Below are positions 38,876-49,291 of a DNA stretch of 60,618 nucleotides, piece by piece. This DNA comes from Candidatus Brachybacterium merdigallinarum (GTDB taxonomy: Bacteria > Actinomycetota > Actinomycetes > Actinomycetales > Dermabacteraceae): assembly GCA_019115335.1 (NCBI GenBank), contig DXDT01000122.1, positions 1 through 60,618 on the forward strand. Reading direction: 5' to 3'. The notes below the pieces were generated by a model. The model saw only the letters and a program-made list of their open reading frames with translations. It ran no database searches and was not told the origin of the DNA. Both the position numbers and the translations under genes were made by a program. Within the stretch, counting starts at the first letter, position 1; each line of letters starts with the position of its first letter.

Positions 38876-39790
38876 ATGCTCGATCGACGCAAGTTCTTCC
38901 GCGGCAGCGGCCTCGTGGTCTCCGCGGCGGCCCTGGGCGGGCTCGCCGCCTGCACGCAGACCGGCAGCAGCGGCGGTGGTGGCAACGAGGAGGGCGGCGG
39001 TGGAGGCCTGCTCGAGCAGCTGCAGGACGCCGGGACGATCACCGTCGGCTTCGCCGGCGAGGCGCCCTACAGCTTCGATGAGGACGGCGAGCTCACCGGC
39101 GCCTCGGTGGCCCTGGCCCGCGAGATCTTCGGCTCGCTCGGCATCGACAACGTCGAGGGCACCCTCACCGACTGGAACTCCCTGATCCCGGGCCTGAACG
39201 CCGGGCAGTTCGACGCGATCAGCGCCGGCATGTCCGTGCTCCCGGAGCGCTGCGCCGAGGCCGCGTTCAGCGAGCCGGAGTTCCAGTACACGACCGCGCT
39301 GATGGTGCCGGCCGGCAACCCCGAGGGCCTGGAGAACATGCAGTCCTTCGTCGATTCCGGCCTCACCGTCGCCACCATGAGCGGCGCGGTCGAGAGCACC
39401 TACGCCCAGAGCCTGGGCCTGGACAGCATCGAGGTCGGTGGCCCGCAGGACGGGGTCGACGCGATCAACAGCGGCAACGCCGACGCCTTCGCGCTCACCG
39501 CGATCTCCCTGAACTGGATGGCGGAGAACACCGCCACCGACCTCGAGGTCACCGAGAGCTTCGTCGCCGAGATCGACGGCGTGCTCCAGTACGGCGCCGG
39601 AGGCACCGTGTTCCGGCAGGAGGACACCTCGCTGCTGGACGCCTACAACGAGAAGCTCGCCGAGATCGTCAGCGATGTGGACCGCTACCTCTCGATCGTC
39701 GGCGACTTCGGCTTCACCGCGGAGGAGCTGCCGCCGCAGGAGATGACCGCCGAGATGCTGTGCGAGGGCGATCTGTCCTCCCTGCAGTGA
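38876..39790 (+). CDS. ehuB: Ectoine/hydroxyectoine ABC substrate-binding lipoprotein (Tat-type signal)
   Basis: DRRKFF twin-Arg plus LAAC lipobox; FAGEAPYS, LIPGL.AGQFD, LPERC, LVPAGNP-like motif, AFALT, TAEMLC. Confidence 0.85.
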   Translation: MLDRRKFFRGSGLVVSAAALGGLAACTQTGSSGGGGNEEGGGGGLLEQLQDAGTITVGFAGEAPYSFDEDGELTGASVALAREIFGSLGIDNVEGTLTDWNSLIPGLNAGQFDAISAGMSVLPERCAEAAFSEPEFQYTTALMVPAGNPEGLENMQSFVDSGLTVATMSGAVESTYAQSLGLDSIEVGGPQDGVDAINSGNADAFALTAISLNWMAENTATDLEVTESFVAEIDGVLQYGAGGTVFRQEDTSLLDAYNEKLAEIVSDVDRYLSIVGDFGFTAEELPPQEMTAEMLCEGDLSSLQ

Positions 39791-39869
39791 TCCCCTGCCC
39801 CCAGGCCCACCCCATGAACGCACCCGTGCACACCCCTGTCCCAGCGCGCTCTGAGGGGGTGACCCGCCG

Positions 39870-40643
39870 ATGGACGGTGTGATCGGGTTCTTCGAGCAGC
39901 TCGGCCCGAACCTCGAGATCCTCACGGCGCGGATGCCCCAGATCCTCGACGGCATCAAGGTCACGCTGCTGGCGACCGTGCTGGGCGGGCTGCTGGCCCT
40001 CGTGATCGCGATCGTGTTCGGCATCGCCCAAGTGGCGAAGTACACGACCGTGCGGATCGTGGCGAGGGTCTTCGTGGAGTTCTTCCGCGGGACCTCGCTG
40101 GTGGTCCAGCTCTTCTGGCTCTTCTTCGTGCTGCCGCAGCTGCCCTATCCCTTCGGGTTCAGGCTCGAACCGCTGCTGGTGGGCATCATCGCCCTCGGCC
40201 TGAACTACGGCGCGTACGGCGCGGAGGTGGTGCGCGGCTCGATCGGATCGGTGCCCAAGGGTCAGTACGAGGCGGTCAGCGCCCTCAGCCTCAGCCCGGT
40301 GCGCGGGATGTTCCGGGTGATCATCCCGCAGGCCTGGGCCCTGATGCTCCCCTCGCTGTCGAACCTCTGGATCCAACTCCTCAAGGGCAGCGCCATCGTC
40401 AACACCATCACCCTGTACGACCTCTTCTTCCGGGTCGAGCAGATGCGCGACCAGACCGGCACCTGGTTCGCCTACATCTTTGCGCTGCTGGCCTACTACC
40501 TGATCGCCTGGCTGATCGTGATCACCATGAACGCCCTCGAGGTGCGCGCAAAGCACAGCATCGGTCGCGGGCCGGCCCTCAAGCATTCCCTGCGGAGCCT
40601 GTTCCAGGCTCCGGGCAGCCCGGCGAAGGGAGGTGTGGCATGA
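39870..40643 (+). CDS. ehuC: Ectoine ABC permease
   Basis: EFFRGTSLVVQLFWLFFVLP, LGLNYGAYGAEVVRG. Confidence 0.85.
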   Translation: MDGVIGFFEQLGPNLEILTARMPQILDGIKVTLLATVLGGLLALVIAIVFGIAQVAKYTTVRIVARVFVEFFRGTSLVVQLFWLFFVLPQLPYPFGFRLEPLLVGIIALGLNYGAYGAEVVRGSIGSVPKGQYEAVSALSLSPVRGMFRVIIPQAWALMLPSLSNLWIQLLKGSAIVNTITLYDLFFRVEQMRDQTGTWFAYIFALLAYYLIAWLIVITMNALEVRAKHSIGRGPALKHSLRSLFQAPGSPAKGGVA

Positions 40644-41290
40644 ACGACTCCTGGTGGAGCTGGGACCACGCCTTCGCAGTCTTCCCGGTGCTGATGGACG
40701 GCTTCCGGTACACGCTGCTGGTGACCGTGGTCGGCACCCTCATCGCCGTGGTGCTGGGCCTGGTCGTCGCGATCATTCGCCGCATCTCACCGCCGATCAT
40801 CCGCGGCCCGGTCACCTGGGTGGTCGAGTTCATCCGGATGACACCCCTGGTGGTGCAGCTGGTGTTCGCGAGCATGCTGCTCTCGCAGCACCTCGGCGGC
40901 ACGCTCTGGGTGGGCATCTGGGTGCTCGGCATCCACTACACCACCTACATGGCCGAGGTGTACCGCGCCGGCATCGACTCGGTCGCCAAGGGGCAGTGGG
41001 AGGCCGCCACCGCCCTCTCCCTGCCGGCCTCCCGCACCTGGCGCGCGGTCGTCATCCCGCAGGCGATCCGCAACACCCTGCCCGCGCTGGGCAACTACGC
41101 GATCTCGATGTTCAAGGAGACCCCGTTCCTGGTGGTCATCTACGTCGGCGAGATGGTGCGCCAGGCGCAGACCTACGGCGGGGACACCTTCCGGTACACC
41201 GAGGCGATCACCCTCGCGGGCCTCGTGTTCCTGGCCGCGAGCTACCCGACCTCCGTCCTGATCCGACGACTGGAGAAGAAACTTGCCTGA
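40640..41290 (+). CDS. ehuD: Ectoine ABC permease
   Basis: WSWDHA, EFIRMTPLVVQL, GIHYTTYMAEVYRAGI, LGNYAISMFKETP. Confidence 0.87.
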   Translation: MNDSWWSWDHAFAVFPVLMDGFRYTLLVTVVGTLIAVVLGLVVAIIRRISPPIIRGPVTWVVEFIRMTPLVVQLVFASMLLSQHLGGTLWVGIWVLGIHYTTYMAEVYRAGIDSVAKGQWEAATALSLPASRTWRAVVIPQAIRNTLPALGNYAISMFKETPFLVVIYVGEMVRQAQTYGGDTFRYTEAITLAGLVFLAASYPTSVLIRRLEKKLA

Positions 41291-42071
41291 GAATCCCGCC
41301 CCTGCCGGAACCGCCCAGATCGAGTTCCGGGACGTGGTCAAGAAGTTCGGTGACAACACCGTGCTGAACGACCTCAACTTCCAGGTCGCCCCGGGCGAGC
41401 GCGTCACCCTGATCGGCCCCTCCGGCTCGGGGAAGACGACGATCCTGCGCCTGGTGATGACGCTCGAGGAGCTGACCGGCGGATACATCGACATCAGCGG
41501 GCAGCCCCTGCAGTACGAGGAAAAGGCGGGCCGGAGGGTGCGGGTCCCGGACAAGCAGCGACGCCGCACCACCACCCGGATCGGGATGGTGTTCCAGCAC
41601 TTCAACCTGTTCCCGAACATGACGGTGCTCGAGAACATCATCGAGGCCCCCATCCACGTGATGGGCCTGGAGCGGCGCGAGGCCGTCGAGAAGGCCGAGT
41701 CGCTGCTCGACAAGGTGGGGATGGCCGCGAAGCGGGACGCCAAGCCCGCGATGCTCTCCGGCGGCCAGCAGCAGCGCGTCGCGATCGCGCGGGCGCTGGC
41801 GATGGATCCCGAGATCCTGCTGCTGGACGAGGTCACCTCCGCCCTGGACCCCGAGCTGGTGGGGGAAGTGCTGGGCGTGCTCAAGGACATCGCCGCCGAG
41901 ACCGACATCTCGATGCTGATCGTGACCCACGAGATGCAGTTCGCGAAGGAGGTCTCCGATCGAGTGATGATGTTCGACAAGGGCTCGATCGTGGAGGAGG
42001 GCCCGCCCGAGAAGTTCTTCAGCGACCCGGAGCACCAGCGCACACGGGACTTCCTGCGCGCGGTGCTCTGA
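41283..42071 (+). CDS. ehuA: Ectoine ABC ATP-binding protein
   Basis: [36 protein letters not shown]. Confidence 0.88.
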   Translation: MPENPAPAGTAQIEFRDVVKKFGDNTVLNDLNFQVAPGERVTLIGPSGSGKTTILRLVMTLEELTGGYIDISGQPLQYEEKAGRRVRVPDKQRRRTTTRIGMVFQHFNLFPNMTVLENIIEAPIHVMGLERREAVEKAESLLDKVGMAAKRDAKPAMLSGGQQQRVAIARALAMDPEILLLDEVTSALDPELVGEVLGVLKDIAAETDISMLIVTHEMQFAKEVSDRVMMFDKGSIVEEGPPEKFFSDPEHQRTRDFLRAVL

Positions 42072-42220
42072 CCCGGGAACCGTTCCCGTCCCGCCACCTG
42101 ACCGCCCGGCGGCGCCTGTCGGCAGGCGCTGTAGTCTGGGCCCGTTCGTTCCGCATCGACGCGGTCGCCCGTCCTGCGCGTCGGCGGCCGCAGAGTGCCG
42201 CTGTCCCCCGAGGAGACCCC

Positions 42221-45049
42221 GTGCCAGATACCGACGCCTTCCGCGTACCGACCCTGACCAGTGAGTTCCCCGTGGTCGGCGATGACCCGCACATCGATGC
42301 GCCGCTGCGGGCCACGGTGCGCAGGCTGTCGACCCTGCTGGGCCGCACGCTCTCCGACCAGCACGGTCAGGAGCTGCTCGAGCTCGTCGAGCAGGTGCGC
42401 AAGCTGACCAAGCAGGCGAAGTCCTCGGACGACTCCGCGGACGCCCGCGATGTCCAGGCCCGCCTGGCCGAGCTGCCGCTCGAGCAGGCCACCGCCCTGA
42501 CCAGGGCCTTCACCCAGTACTTCCTGCTCGCCAACGCGGCGGAGCAGGTCTATCGGGTGCGGGCGCTGCACGACCGCCCCGCCGCGGAGTCCTGGGTGCC
42601 GCGCACCGTCGCCGACGTGCACGCGAAGGTCGGCACCGAGGGCCTGCAGAAGGCCGTCGACTCCCTGGACGTGCGCCTGGTGTTCACGGCGCACCCCACC
42701 GAGGCCTCCCGCCGCGCCGTGCTGACCAAGCTGCGCCGCATCTCGGACATCCTGGGCACCGACACCGAGGAGGGCACCGAGGCCCGCCGCCGCCAGGACC
42801 GCGACCTGGCCGAGATCATCGAGCTGCTGTGGCAGACCGACGAGCTGCGCCGCCAGCGCCCCACCCCGCAGGACGAGGCCCGCAACGCCCTGTACTACCT
42901 GCGCCAGATCTACCGCCAGACCATGCCGGCAGTGCTCGACGACCTCCGCGACCAGTTGCGCCTGCACGGCGCGGACCTGCGGGAGCGCCAGGTGCCGCTG
43001 CGCTTCGGCTCGTGGATCGGCGGGGACCGCGACGGCAACCCCTACGTGACGGCGGAGGTGACGCGGGAGGTCCTCGAGCTCCAGGCCGAGACCGCGATCG
43101 ACATCGCCGAGGAGACCATCTCGGAGCTGATCGGCGACCTGTCCGTCTCCAGCGCCCTGGCCGGGGAGGACCCGCAGCTGCGTGCCTCGATCGCCGCGGA
43201 CCTCGAGTTCGAGACCGGGATCGACGAGGTCGAGCAGCGGCTCTACGAGGAGGAGCCCTACCGGCTCAAGCTCGGCACCATGCGCGAGAAGCTCCGTGCC
43301 ACACGGGCGCGGATCCGCTCCGGAGAGCCGCACGTGCCGGGACAGGACTACCGCGACGGCGGCCAGCTGCAGGACGACTTCCAGGTGCTGCGGGACGCGC
43401 TGAGCCGCCGCGGCGGGGACCGTGCGGCCGATGGCGCCCTCGCCATCGCTCAGCAGACCCTGTCCGGCTCCGGGCTGAGCCTGGCGACCCTCGACGTGCG
43501 CGAGCACTCCGAGAAGCACCACGAGGTGCTCGCCCGCCTCTTCGATCGGGTCGGCGAGCTCGACCGCCCCTACACGGAGCTGTCCCGCCAGGAGCGCACC
43601 GGGGTGCTGGCCTCCGAGCTCTCGAGCCGTCGCCCCCTCGTCGGTTCGGCGATCACCGAGGACGAGACGATCCTGGACGACGCCACCCGCACCACCTACA
43701 ACGTGTTCCGCGAGATCCGCGATGCGCATCGCAAGTACGGCACCTCCGTGATCGAGACCTACATCATCTCGATGACCCACGGCGCCGACGACGTGCTCGC
43801 CGCGGCGCTGCTGGCCCGCGAGGCGGGCCTGGTGCAGGTCGCCGGGAACGAGGAGAGCCGCGCGGACATCGGCTTCGTCCCCCTGCTCGAGGGGGTCCTC
43901 GAGCTGCGCAATGCCGGGGAGATCCTCGACGAGATGCTCTCGGACCCCTCCTACCGCGAGATCGTGCGACTGCGCGGCGAGCGCCAGGAGGTCATGCTCG
44001 GCTACTCCGACGGCAACAAGGACTCCGGCGTGCTGACCAGCCAGTGGGAGATCCACCAGGCCCAGCGCCGACTGCGCGACGTCGCCGCCCGGCACGGCGT
44101 GACCCTGCGCCTATTCCACGGCCGCGGCGGCTCCGTGGGCCGCGGCGGCGGCCCCACGTACGACGCGATCCTCGCCCAGCCGTACGGTGTGCTGGAGGGC
44201 GAGATCAAGTTCACCGAGCAGGGCGAGGTCATCTCCGACAAGTACATGCTGCCCACCCTCGCCCGGGAGAACCTCGACCTGTCGCTCGCCGCCGTGCTCG
44301 AGGGCTCCGCCCTGCACACCGAGCCCCGCACCACCCCCGAGCAGCTCGAGCGCTTCGGCGGCGTGATGGAGCAGGTCTCCGATGCCGCGTTCAGCCGCTA
44401 TCGCACGCTGGTCGACGACCCGGACCTGCCCGAGTACTTCGTGACCTCCACCCCGGTCGAGCAGCTCGGTGACCTGAACATCGGCTCCCGTCCCTCCAAG
44501 CGCACCACCTCCGACAAGGGCCTGGACGGCCTGCGGGCGATCCCGTGGGTGTTCGGCTGGACCCAGTCGCGGCAGATCGTGCCGGGCTGGTTCGGCGTGG
44601 GCTCGGGCCTGAAGGCCGCTCGGGAGGCGGGCCTGGAGCCGGACCTGCACGAGATGATGAAGCACTGGCACTTCTTCCGCACCGTGATCAGCAACGTCGA
44701 GATGCAGCTGGCCAAGACCGACATGCAGATCGCCGCCCACTACGTGCACTCGCTGGCCCCGGAGCGGCTCTGGCACCTCTACGACCGCATCCGCGAGGAG
44801 TACGAGCTGTCCGTGGCGGAGCTGGAGCGCCTCACCGGCGTGCTCGAGCTGCTGGACAACCAGCCGATCCTCAAGCGGACCCTGGCCGTGCGGGACCGCT
44901 ACCTCGACCCGATCTCCTACATGCAGGTCGCGATGCTGCAGCGGGTGCGGGCGGTGAAGGAGCGCGGCGAGGAGCTGGACCCGATGCTGCAGCGGGCCCT
45001 GCTCACCACCGTCAACGGCGTCTCCGCCGGCATGAAGAACACCGGCTGA
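42221..45049 (+). CDS. ppc: Phosphoenolpyruvate carboxylase
   Basis: [67 protein letters not shown]. Confidence 0.98.
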   Translation: MPDTDAFRVPTLTSEFPVVGDDPHIDAPLRATVRRLSTLLGRTLSDQHGQELLELVEQVRKLTKQAKSSDDSADARDVQARLAELPLEQATALTRAFTQYFLLANAAEQVYRVRALHDRPAAESWVPRTVADVHAKVGTEGLQKAVDSLDVRLVFTAHPTEASRRAVLTKLRRISDILGTDTEEGTEARRRQDRDLAEIIELLWQTDELRRQRPTPQDEARNALYYLRQIYRQTMPAVLDDLRDQLRLHGADLRERQVPLRFGSWIGGDRDGNPYVTAEVTREVLELQAETAIDIAEETISELIGDLSVSSALAGEDPQLRASIAADLEFETGIDEVEQRLYEEEPYRLKLGTMREKLRATRARIRSGEPHVPGQDYRDGGQLQDDFQVLRDALSRRGGDRAADGALAIAQQTLSGSGLSLATLDVREHSEKHHEVLARLFDRVGELDRPYTELSRQERTGVLASELSSRRPLVGSAITEDETILDDATRTTYNVFREIRDAHRKYGTSVIETYIISMTHGADDVLAAALLAREAGLVQVAGNEESRADIGFVPLLEGVLELRNAGEILDEMLSDPSYREIVRLRGERQEVMLGYSDGNKDSGVLTSQWEIHQAQRRLRDVAARHGVTLRLFHGRGGSVGRGGGPTYDAILAQPYGVLEGEIKFTEQGEVISDKYMLPTLARENLDLSLAAVLEGSALHTEPRTTPEQLERFGGVMEQVSDAAFSRYRTLVDDPDLPEYFVTSTPVEQLGDLNIGSRPSKRTTSDKGLDGLRAIPWVFGWTQSRQIVPGWFGVGSGLKAAREAGLEPDLHEMMKHWHFFRTVISNVEMQLAKTDMQIAAHYVHSLAPERLWHLYDRIREEYELSVAELERLTGVLELLDNQPILKRTLAVRDRYLDPISYMQVAMLQRVRAVKERGEELDPMLQRALLTTVNGVSAGMKNTG

Positions 45050-45084
45050 TCCTGCCCCGCGCGACCCCGCCTCGCGCGATGCGC

Positions 45085-45144
45085 AGGTCTGCTGCGCCCA
45101 GGACCGATCAGGGGATGCCCACCGGTCCTGGGCGCAGCAGACCT
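45085..45144. repeat. Perfect 22-bp inverted repeat with 16-nt spacer (terminator or REP-like)
   Basis: AGGTCTGCTGCGCCCAGGACCG (45085-45106) and CGGTCCTGGGCGCAGCAGACCT (45123-45144). Confidence 0.85.
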
Positions 45145-45233
45145 CTCGTGCTCTTGCCCCTGCGTGCGGTTGCCCCGAGTCCTCGTGGCCCTCGCCGCCC
45201 GGCCCGCGCTGCCCGGTCCCCGCGTGCTGGTGA

Positions 45234-45761
45234 TCAGGGGATGTGCAGCGGGCGCACCATCTCGTCCATGCGCAGGGTGGGGTCGGCGAGCAGAGCCGGG
45301 TCGACCGGGAACGGCAGGGTCCGCCCGGTGGGCTCGAAGCCGTGGCGGCGGTACCAGGCGTGCAGCTCGTGCCGGCCCTGCAGGACCTGCAGGATCAGCC
45401 GCGGCACTCCGGCGGCGCTGAGGTTCTGCGCCTGCTGCTCCAGCAGCCGCCCACCGATCCCGCCGCCCTGGGCACGAGGATCGACCGCGAACAGGCCCAG
45501 CTCGGCTCCCTCCGCACCGCGCCGCGTGTAGCAGCAGCCGCGGATGCGGTCCTCGGTGTCGACCGCGACCAGCAGCCGGACCGCGGGATCGGTGAGCAGA
45601 CCGTGGACCTCCGCGGCGTCGGCACGCTGCCCGCGCACCAGACCGGCCTCCGTGGTCCAACCGCCCTCCCCGCGGTAGGCGGCCTGGACGATCTCGAGGA
45701 TCTCCGGGACATCAGCGGCCGTGGCGGGACGGATCCGGATCTCCTGTTCCGGCGCCGTCAT
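45234..45761 (-). CDS. GNAT family N-acetyltransferase
   Basis: AYRGEGGWTTEA, FAVDPRAQGGGIG, WYRRHGF. Confidence 0.9.
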   Translation of the reverse strand: MTAPEQEIRIRPATAADVPEILEIVQAAYRGEGGWTTEAGLVRGQRADAAEVHGLLTDPAVRLLVAVDTEDRIRGCCYTRRGAEGAELGLFAVDPRAQGGGIGGRLLEQQAQNLSAAGVPRLILQVLQGRHELHAWYRRHGFEPTGRTLPFPVDPALLADPTLRMDEMVRPLHIP

Positions 45762-45771
45762 GAGGCACCCA

Positions 45772-46824
45772 TCAGAACATCGCCTCCTGCTCGAGGGCCT
45801 CGAGGAGGTGGTGGCCGTTCGGGCCGCGCAGGGATCGGCCGCCGGCGGCGACCAGCGGGCCCAGACCGCCGTGGGCGAGCAGCTGCTCGGACTCGGTGAG
45901 CTGCCGGATCATCACCCCGGCCACCCGCTCGGGATGGCGGGAGGAGAAGTCGGCGTAGATCGAGGGGTCGTGCTGGCCGTCGTCACCGACCAGGATCCAG
46001 CGGATCTGCGGGAACTCCGCCGCCAGCCGTTCCAGGGAGCGGTGCTTGTGCTCGCGGCCGGAGCGGAACATGCCGGTGTTCGTGGGTCCCCAGTCGGTCA
46101 GCAGCAGCGGGCCGTCCGGATATCCGTTCTTGAACAGGAAGCGCTTCAGCACCGGGAACACGTTCCACGCCCCGGTGGAGAGATAGATGACGGGCATCTG
46201 CGGGTGCCTGCGCATCAGGTGCTGGTACAACATCGCCATCCCGGGCACCGGCTTGCGGGTGGACTGGTGGGCGACGAACGCATTCCAGAACGCCATCAGC
46301 GGGCGGGGCAGGAGCGTCACCACCACCGTGTCGTCGATGTCGCTGACCATGCCGATCCGCTGCTCGGGGTCGAACACGGACACGTCGGCGGTGACCTCGT
46401 TGCCCGGCACGGTCCACAGCACGGCCTCGTGGCGCCCCGGCGGGAGCTGGATCTCCAGACGAGCATCGACGATGCCGGAGCGATCGGCGCGGACCGAGAA
46501 CTCCTGGCCGCCGATCCGGATGTGGACGGTGCGATGCGGGGCGACCTGCCCGGCGAAGTTCCGCCATCCGCGCACCGCGATCGACCGCATGTCGTGCACG
46601 GGCTGGTCGTGGAAGTCCGCGGGCCGACCGGGAGAGGCGTACAGCACCTTCGCCAGCACCCGCACCTGCTCGGTGCTGCCGTAGCCGTGGAAGGGCTGCA
46701 GGCGCAGGCTCCAGTTCAGGCGTCGCAGCACGCCGCCCACGGCAGTGTTCTTGACGTCCTCGAGCCGGGAGGCCCAGTGGGGACGATCCGTCTGCCCGCC
46801 CGGGGTCCGGAGCGGGAGCCTCAA
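45772..46824 (-). CDS. App1/DUF2183 family phosphatidate phosphatase-like protein
   Basis: VSDIDDTV (DxDxT), YLSTGAWN, LLTDWGP, LVGDDGQHDP; TTG start inferred from TTGA overlap. Confidence 0.88.
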   Translation of the reverse strand: MRLPLRTPGGQTDRPHWASRLEDVKNTAVGGVLRRLNWSLRLQPFHGYGSTEQVRVLAKVLYASPGRPADFHDQPVHDMRSIAVRGWRNFAGQVAPHRTVHIRIGGQEFSVRADRSGIVDARLEIQLPPGRHEAVLWTVPGNEVTADVSVFDPEQRIGMVSDIDDTVVVTLLPRPLMAFWNAFVAHQSTRKPVPGMAMLYQHLMRRHPQMPVIYLSTGAWNVFPVLKRFLFKNGYPDGPLLLTDWGPTNTGMFRSGREHKHRSLERLAAEFPQIRWILVGDDGQHDPSIYADFSSRHPERVAGVMIRQLTESEQLLAHGGLGPLVAAGGRSLRGPNGHHLLEALEQEAMF

Positions 46825-47306
46825 AGGGGGCGGGACATCTTCAGCCAGGCGCCGTCGGGGTCGTCGTCGACGATCTCCCAGCGCTCGCCGGTGTCCGTGA
46901 ACCCGAGGCTCTCGTAGAGGGACTGGGCAGTGGTGTTGGTGGGGCCGACGTACAGCGTCACCGTGGTCGCGCCGTCCTCCTGCGCCCAGGTGAAGACCGC
47001 CTCCGCGAGGCGCTGGGCGATGCCGGAATTGCGGGAGGAGGGGCTGACCCACATCGCCTGCAGCTCGCGCTCGCTGGCGGGGGAGTCCTCCTCGTGCCGC
47101 GCCGCGACCAGGGCGACGGGCTGACCGGACTCGAGCGCCAGGAACCAGGCGGCCTCCCGCACCCGCTGCTGCCAGACGGAATCCTCGTACGTGGACTCCT
47201 TCTCCCAGCTCTGCCCAAAGGCCGAGGGGTCGGTGCTGAGAGACCTCAGTCGGATCTCGCGCACGAGCGACCAGTCGTCGTCGTGGGCGCGGATGATGTC
47301 GGCCAT
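46821..47306 (-). CDS. GNAT family N-acetyltransferase
   Basis: IRLRSLSTDPSAF, MWVSPSSRNSGIA, LYESLGF. Confidence 0.9.
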   Translation of the reverse strand: MADIIRAHDDDWSLVREIRLRSLSTDPSAFGQSWEKESTYEDSVWQQRVREAAWFLALESGQPVALVAARHEEDSPASERELQAMWVSPSSRNSGIAQRLAEAVFTWAQEDGATTVTLYVGPTNTTAQSLYESLGFTDTGERWEIVDDDPDGAWLKMSRPL

Positions 47307-47452
47307 GGCTGTCCTCCTGAGCCGTCGGTCGCGGAACGCGGGGCGGCTGGGCGCACCCGGATGCATTCTATGCAGAGCGGCGCGGCGTTGCCGACGTCCT
47401 CTGGCCCTGCCACTGTACCTCTCCGCATCGAGAGTGCTGTCACAATGACCAG

Positions 47453-47968
47453 ATGCGCCTGTACCGAGTTCTGACCGTGTGCACCGGGAACGTCTGCCGC
47501 TCTCCGGCGGCTGCCGTGATGCTCCGGGAGGCGGTGCGTGAACTGGGCTGGTCGGAACGGATCGAGGTGGGCTCGGCGGGCACCAGCTGGGAGGCCGAGG
47601 GCGAGCCGATGGATTCCCGCACCGTCGTGGCCCTGGAGAACGCCGGCTATCAGCAGCCCTTCGAGCACACGGCCTCGGCGATCCACCTCAGCGCCCTGGC
47701 GAACTGGGACCTGGTGGTGGCGATGACGGCCGAGCAGGCCCAGAGGCTGCGCCGGATGGTCGATCAGATGCCGACCGACTCCCCGCGCCCCGAGGTGACG
47801 CTGTGGCGCCGTTTCGATCCTCTGACGCCCGCGGATGCGCCGGAGACGGAGATCCCCGTCGAGGATCCCTGGTACGAGGGTCAGCAGGCGTTCGATCGCA
47901 CCATCGTGGAGATGCGGCGCAGCCTGCCCGCGCTGCTCGAGCACCTGAGCGAGCGCATCGGGGACTGA
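47453..47968 (+). CDS. Low-molecular-weight protein-tyrosine phosphatase
   Basis: VCTGNVCRSP P-loop, SAGT, DPWY. Confidence 0.93.
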   Translation: MRLYRVLTVCTGNVCRSPAAAVMLREAVRELGWSERIEVGSAGTSWEAEGEPMDSRTVVALENAGYQQPFEHTASAIHLSALANWDLVVAMTAEQAQRLRRMVDQMPTDSPRPEVTLWRRFDPLTPADAPETEIPVEDPWYEGQQAFDRTIVEMRRSLPALLEHLSERIGD

Positions 47969-48016
47969 GCGCGCGGTGACCTGACTGCACGCAGCTGGGG
48001 AAGTCGCCGAGACCGC

Positions 48017-49111
48017 TCAGCGGCGACGGGGGCCGATGCCCCGATTGCGCCAGGTGGCGGCGATGAATCCCGCGGTGGTCAGGAAGCCGACCGCGAGGAT
48101 GCCCATCAGCACGAAGCGCACGTTGCCGAAGGCCGAGTCGCCGCTGGTGAAGGTGCTCAGCAGCTGGACGAGCGGTCCGCCGCCGCCGTTGGAGGAGGTT
48201 CCGGCGGGCGGGAGGGCCTCCTCCTGCTGATCGGCCGTCCCCTCCTCGCTCGGGGACTCCACGACCACCTCGACGCTCTCGGTCTCGGTCTCCGGTGCGG
48301 GGGAGGGCTCGACCTCGACCGGCTCGGCGGACGTGGTCTCGTCCTCGGTGGGGGCCGGGGCCTGTCGCTGCTGATCGACGGCCGGCTCGGCGCGCTCGGT
48401 CTGCTCCGGGGGATCCGGCTGCTCGTCCTCAGCGGTCTCCTCGCCCGTGCCGTCGTCGGTGACGTCGTCGCCGGGCGTCGGCTCGGTGGGGTCGGGGGAG
48501 CCGGACGCGCCGTCCCCTCCCTCTCCCGAGTCCTCGGTGGGGGGATCGGTGGGGTCCGTGGGATCCGGCGTGGGCTCCGGGTCCGGCTCTGAGGGCTCGG
48601 GATCCGTGGGATCCGGCGTGGGGCTGGGGTCCGGGTCCGTGGGCTCCGGCTCCGGCTCGGGGTCCTTGGTCGGGTCGGGGGAGGTCGGTGGCGTCGTCGG
48701 AGTGCCGGTGGTGGCCGACTGCGTGGTGGTCGGCGTCGTCGCGGTGGGAGTCGGTTCCGTCGACTCGGTGGCCTCTCCAGTGGGATCCCCGGTCTCGGTC
48801 TCGGACGAGGACTCAGACTCTTCCACCTCGCCGTCGTCGCCTGCGTCGGGGACCTCCTCCGTGGGCTCCTCGACGGGGGTCTCGCTCTTAGGGGGGTCCT
48901 GGGGGCCGTCGTCCCCAGCGTCGTCGACCTGCTCGACGTCCTCCAGCACGACGCCCGCGGGCTCGTCGGTCACGCCCTCCTCGGCGGTCACGGTGCTCGT
49001 CTCGACCGTCGGGGTCTGTTCCGGTGGTGTGGCCACCGCGGCGGTCAGTGCGGTGGGGACGGTGAGGGTGAGCGCTGCCGTGCAAGCGCACAGGCGTGAT
49101 CGCAGGCGCAT
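48017..49111 (-). CDS. Secreted, membrane-anchored Pro/Thr/Glu/Asp-rich low-complexity protein
   Basis: N-terminal signal peptide, DPT/EP repeats, C-terminal TM plus basic tail (WRNRGIGPRRR). Confidence 0.7.
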   Translation of the reverse strand: MRLRSRLCACTAALTLTVPTALTAAVATPPEQTPTVETSTVTAEEGVTDEPAGVVLEDVEQVDDAGDDGPQDPPKSETPVEEPTEEVPDAGDDGEVEESESSSETETGDPTGEATESTEPTPTATTPTTTQSATTGTPTTPPTSPDPTKDPEPEPEPTDPDPSPTPDPTDPEPSEPDPEPTPDPTDPTDPPTEDSGEGGDGASGSPDPTEPTPGDDVTDDGTGEETAEDEQPDPPEQTERAEPAVDQQRQAPAPTEDETTSAEPVEVEPSPAPETETESVEVVVESPSEEGTADQQEEALPPAGTSSNGGGGPLVQLLSTFTSGDSAFGNVRFVLMGILAVGFLTTAGFIAATWRNRGIGPRRR

Positions 49112-49291
49112 AGGCGCGGCTCCCCCTCTCCTGTCGTCCCGAACGGACGGTCGATGACTCTTCAGCGGGGTCGGCGATGAAGCATACCCTACCGGCCCTT
49201 TACTTACCCTTGCCATGGTGCAAGCCAGCATGGAGCGACGCAAGGACGCTGTGGAGAGCGCCACCAAAGCTACTGCGCAGTCACCTCGGGC

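Noticed and set aside
38876-42071. Novelty of the ectoine ABC operon
   Set aside because: Standard ehuBCDA with a GntR regulator, common in Actinobacteria.
40787-44095. Very long antisense or alternate-frame ORFs (e.g. 1102 aa at 40787-44095, 906 aa at 49349-52069, 899 aa at 6000-8699, 840 aa at 33633-36155)
   Set aside because: They are shadow ORFs of real genes. High GC and codon bias suppress stops on the opposite strand, and they show no family motifs.
48440-48760. Short repeats resembling a CRISPR array or VNTR
   Set aside because: They are irregular codon-level repeats encoding DPT/EP linker sequence, with no constant repeat-spacer period and no cas genes.
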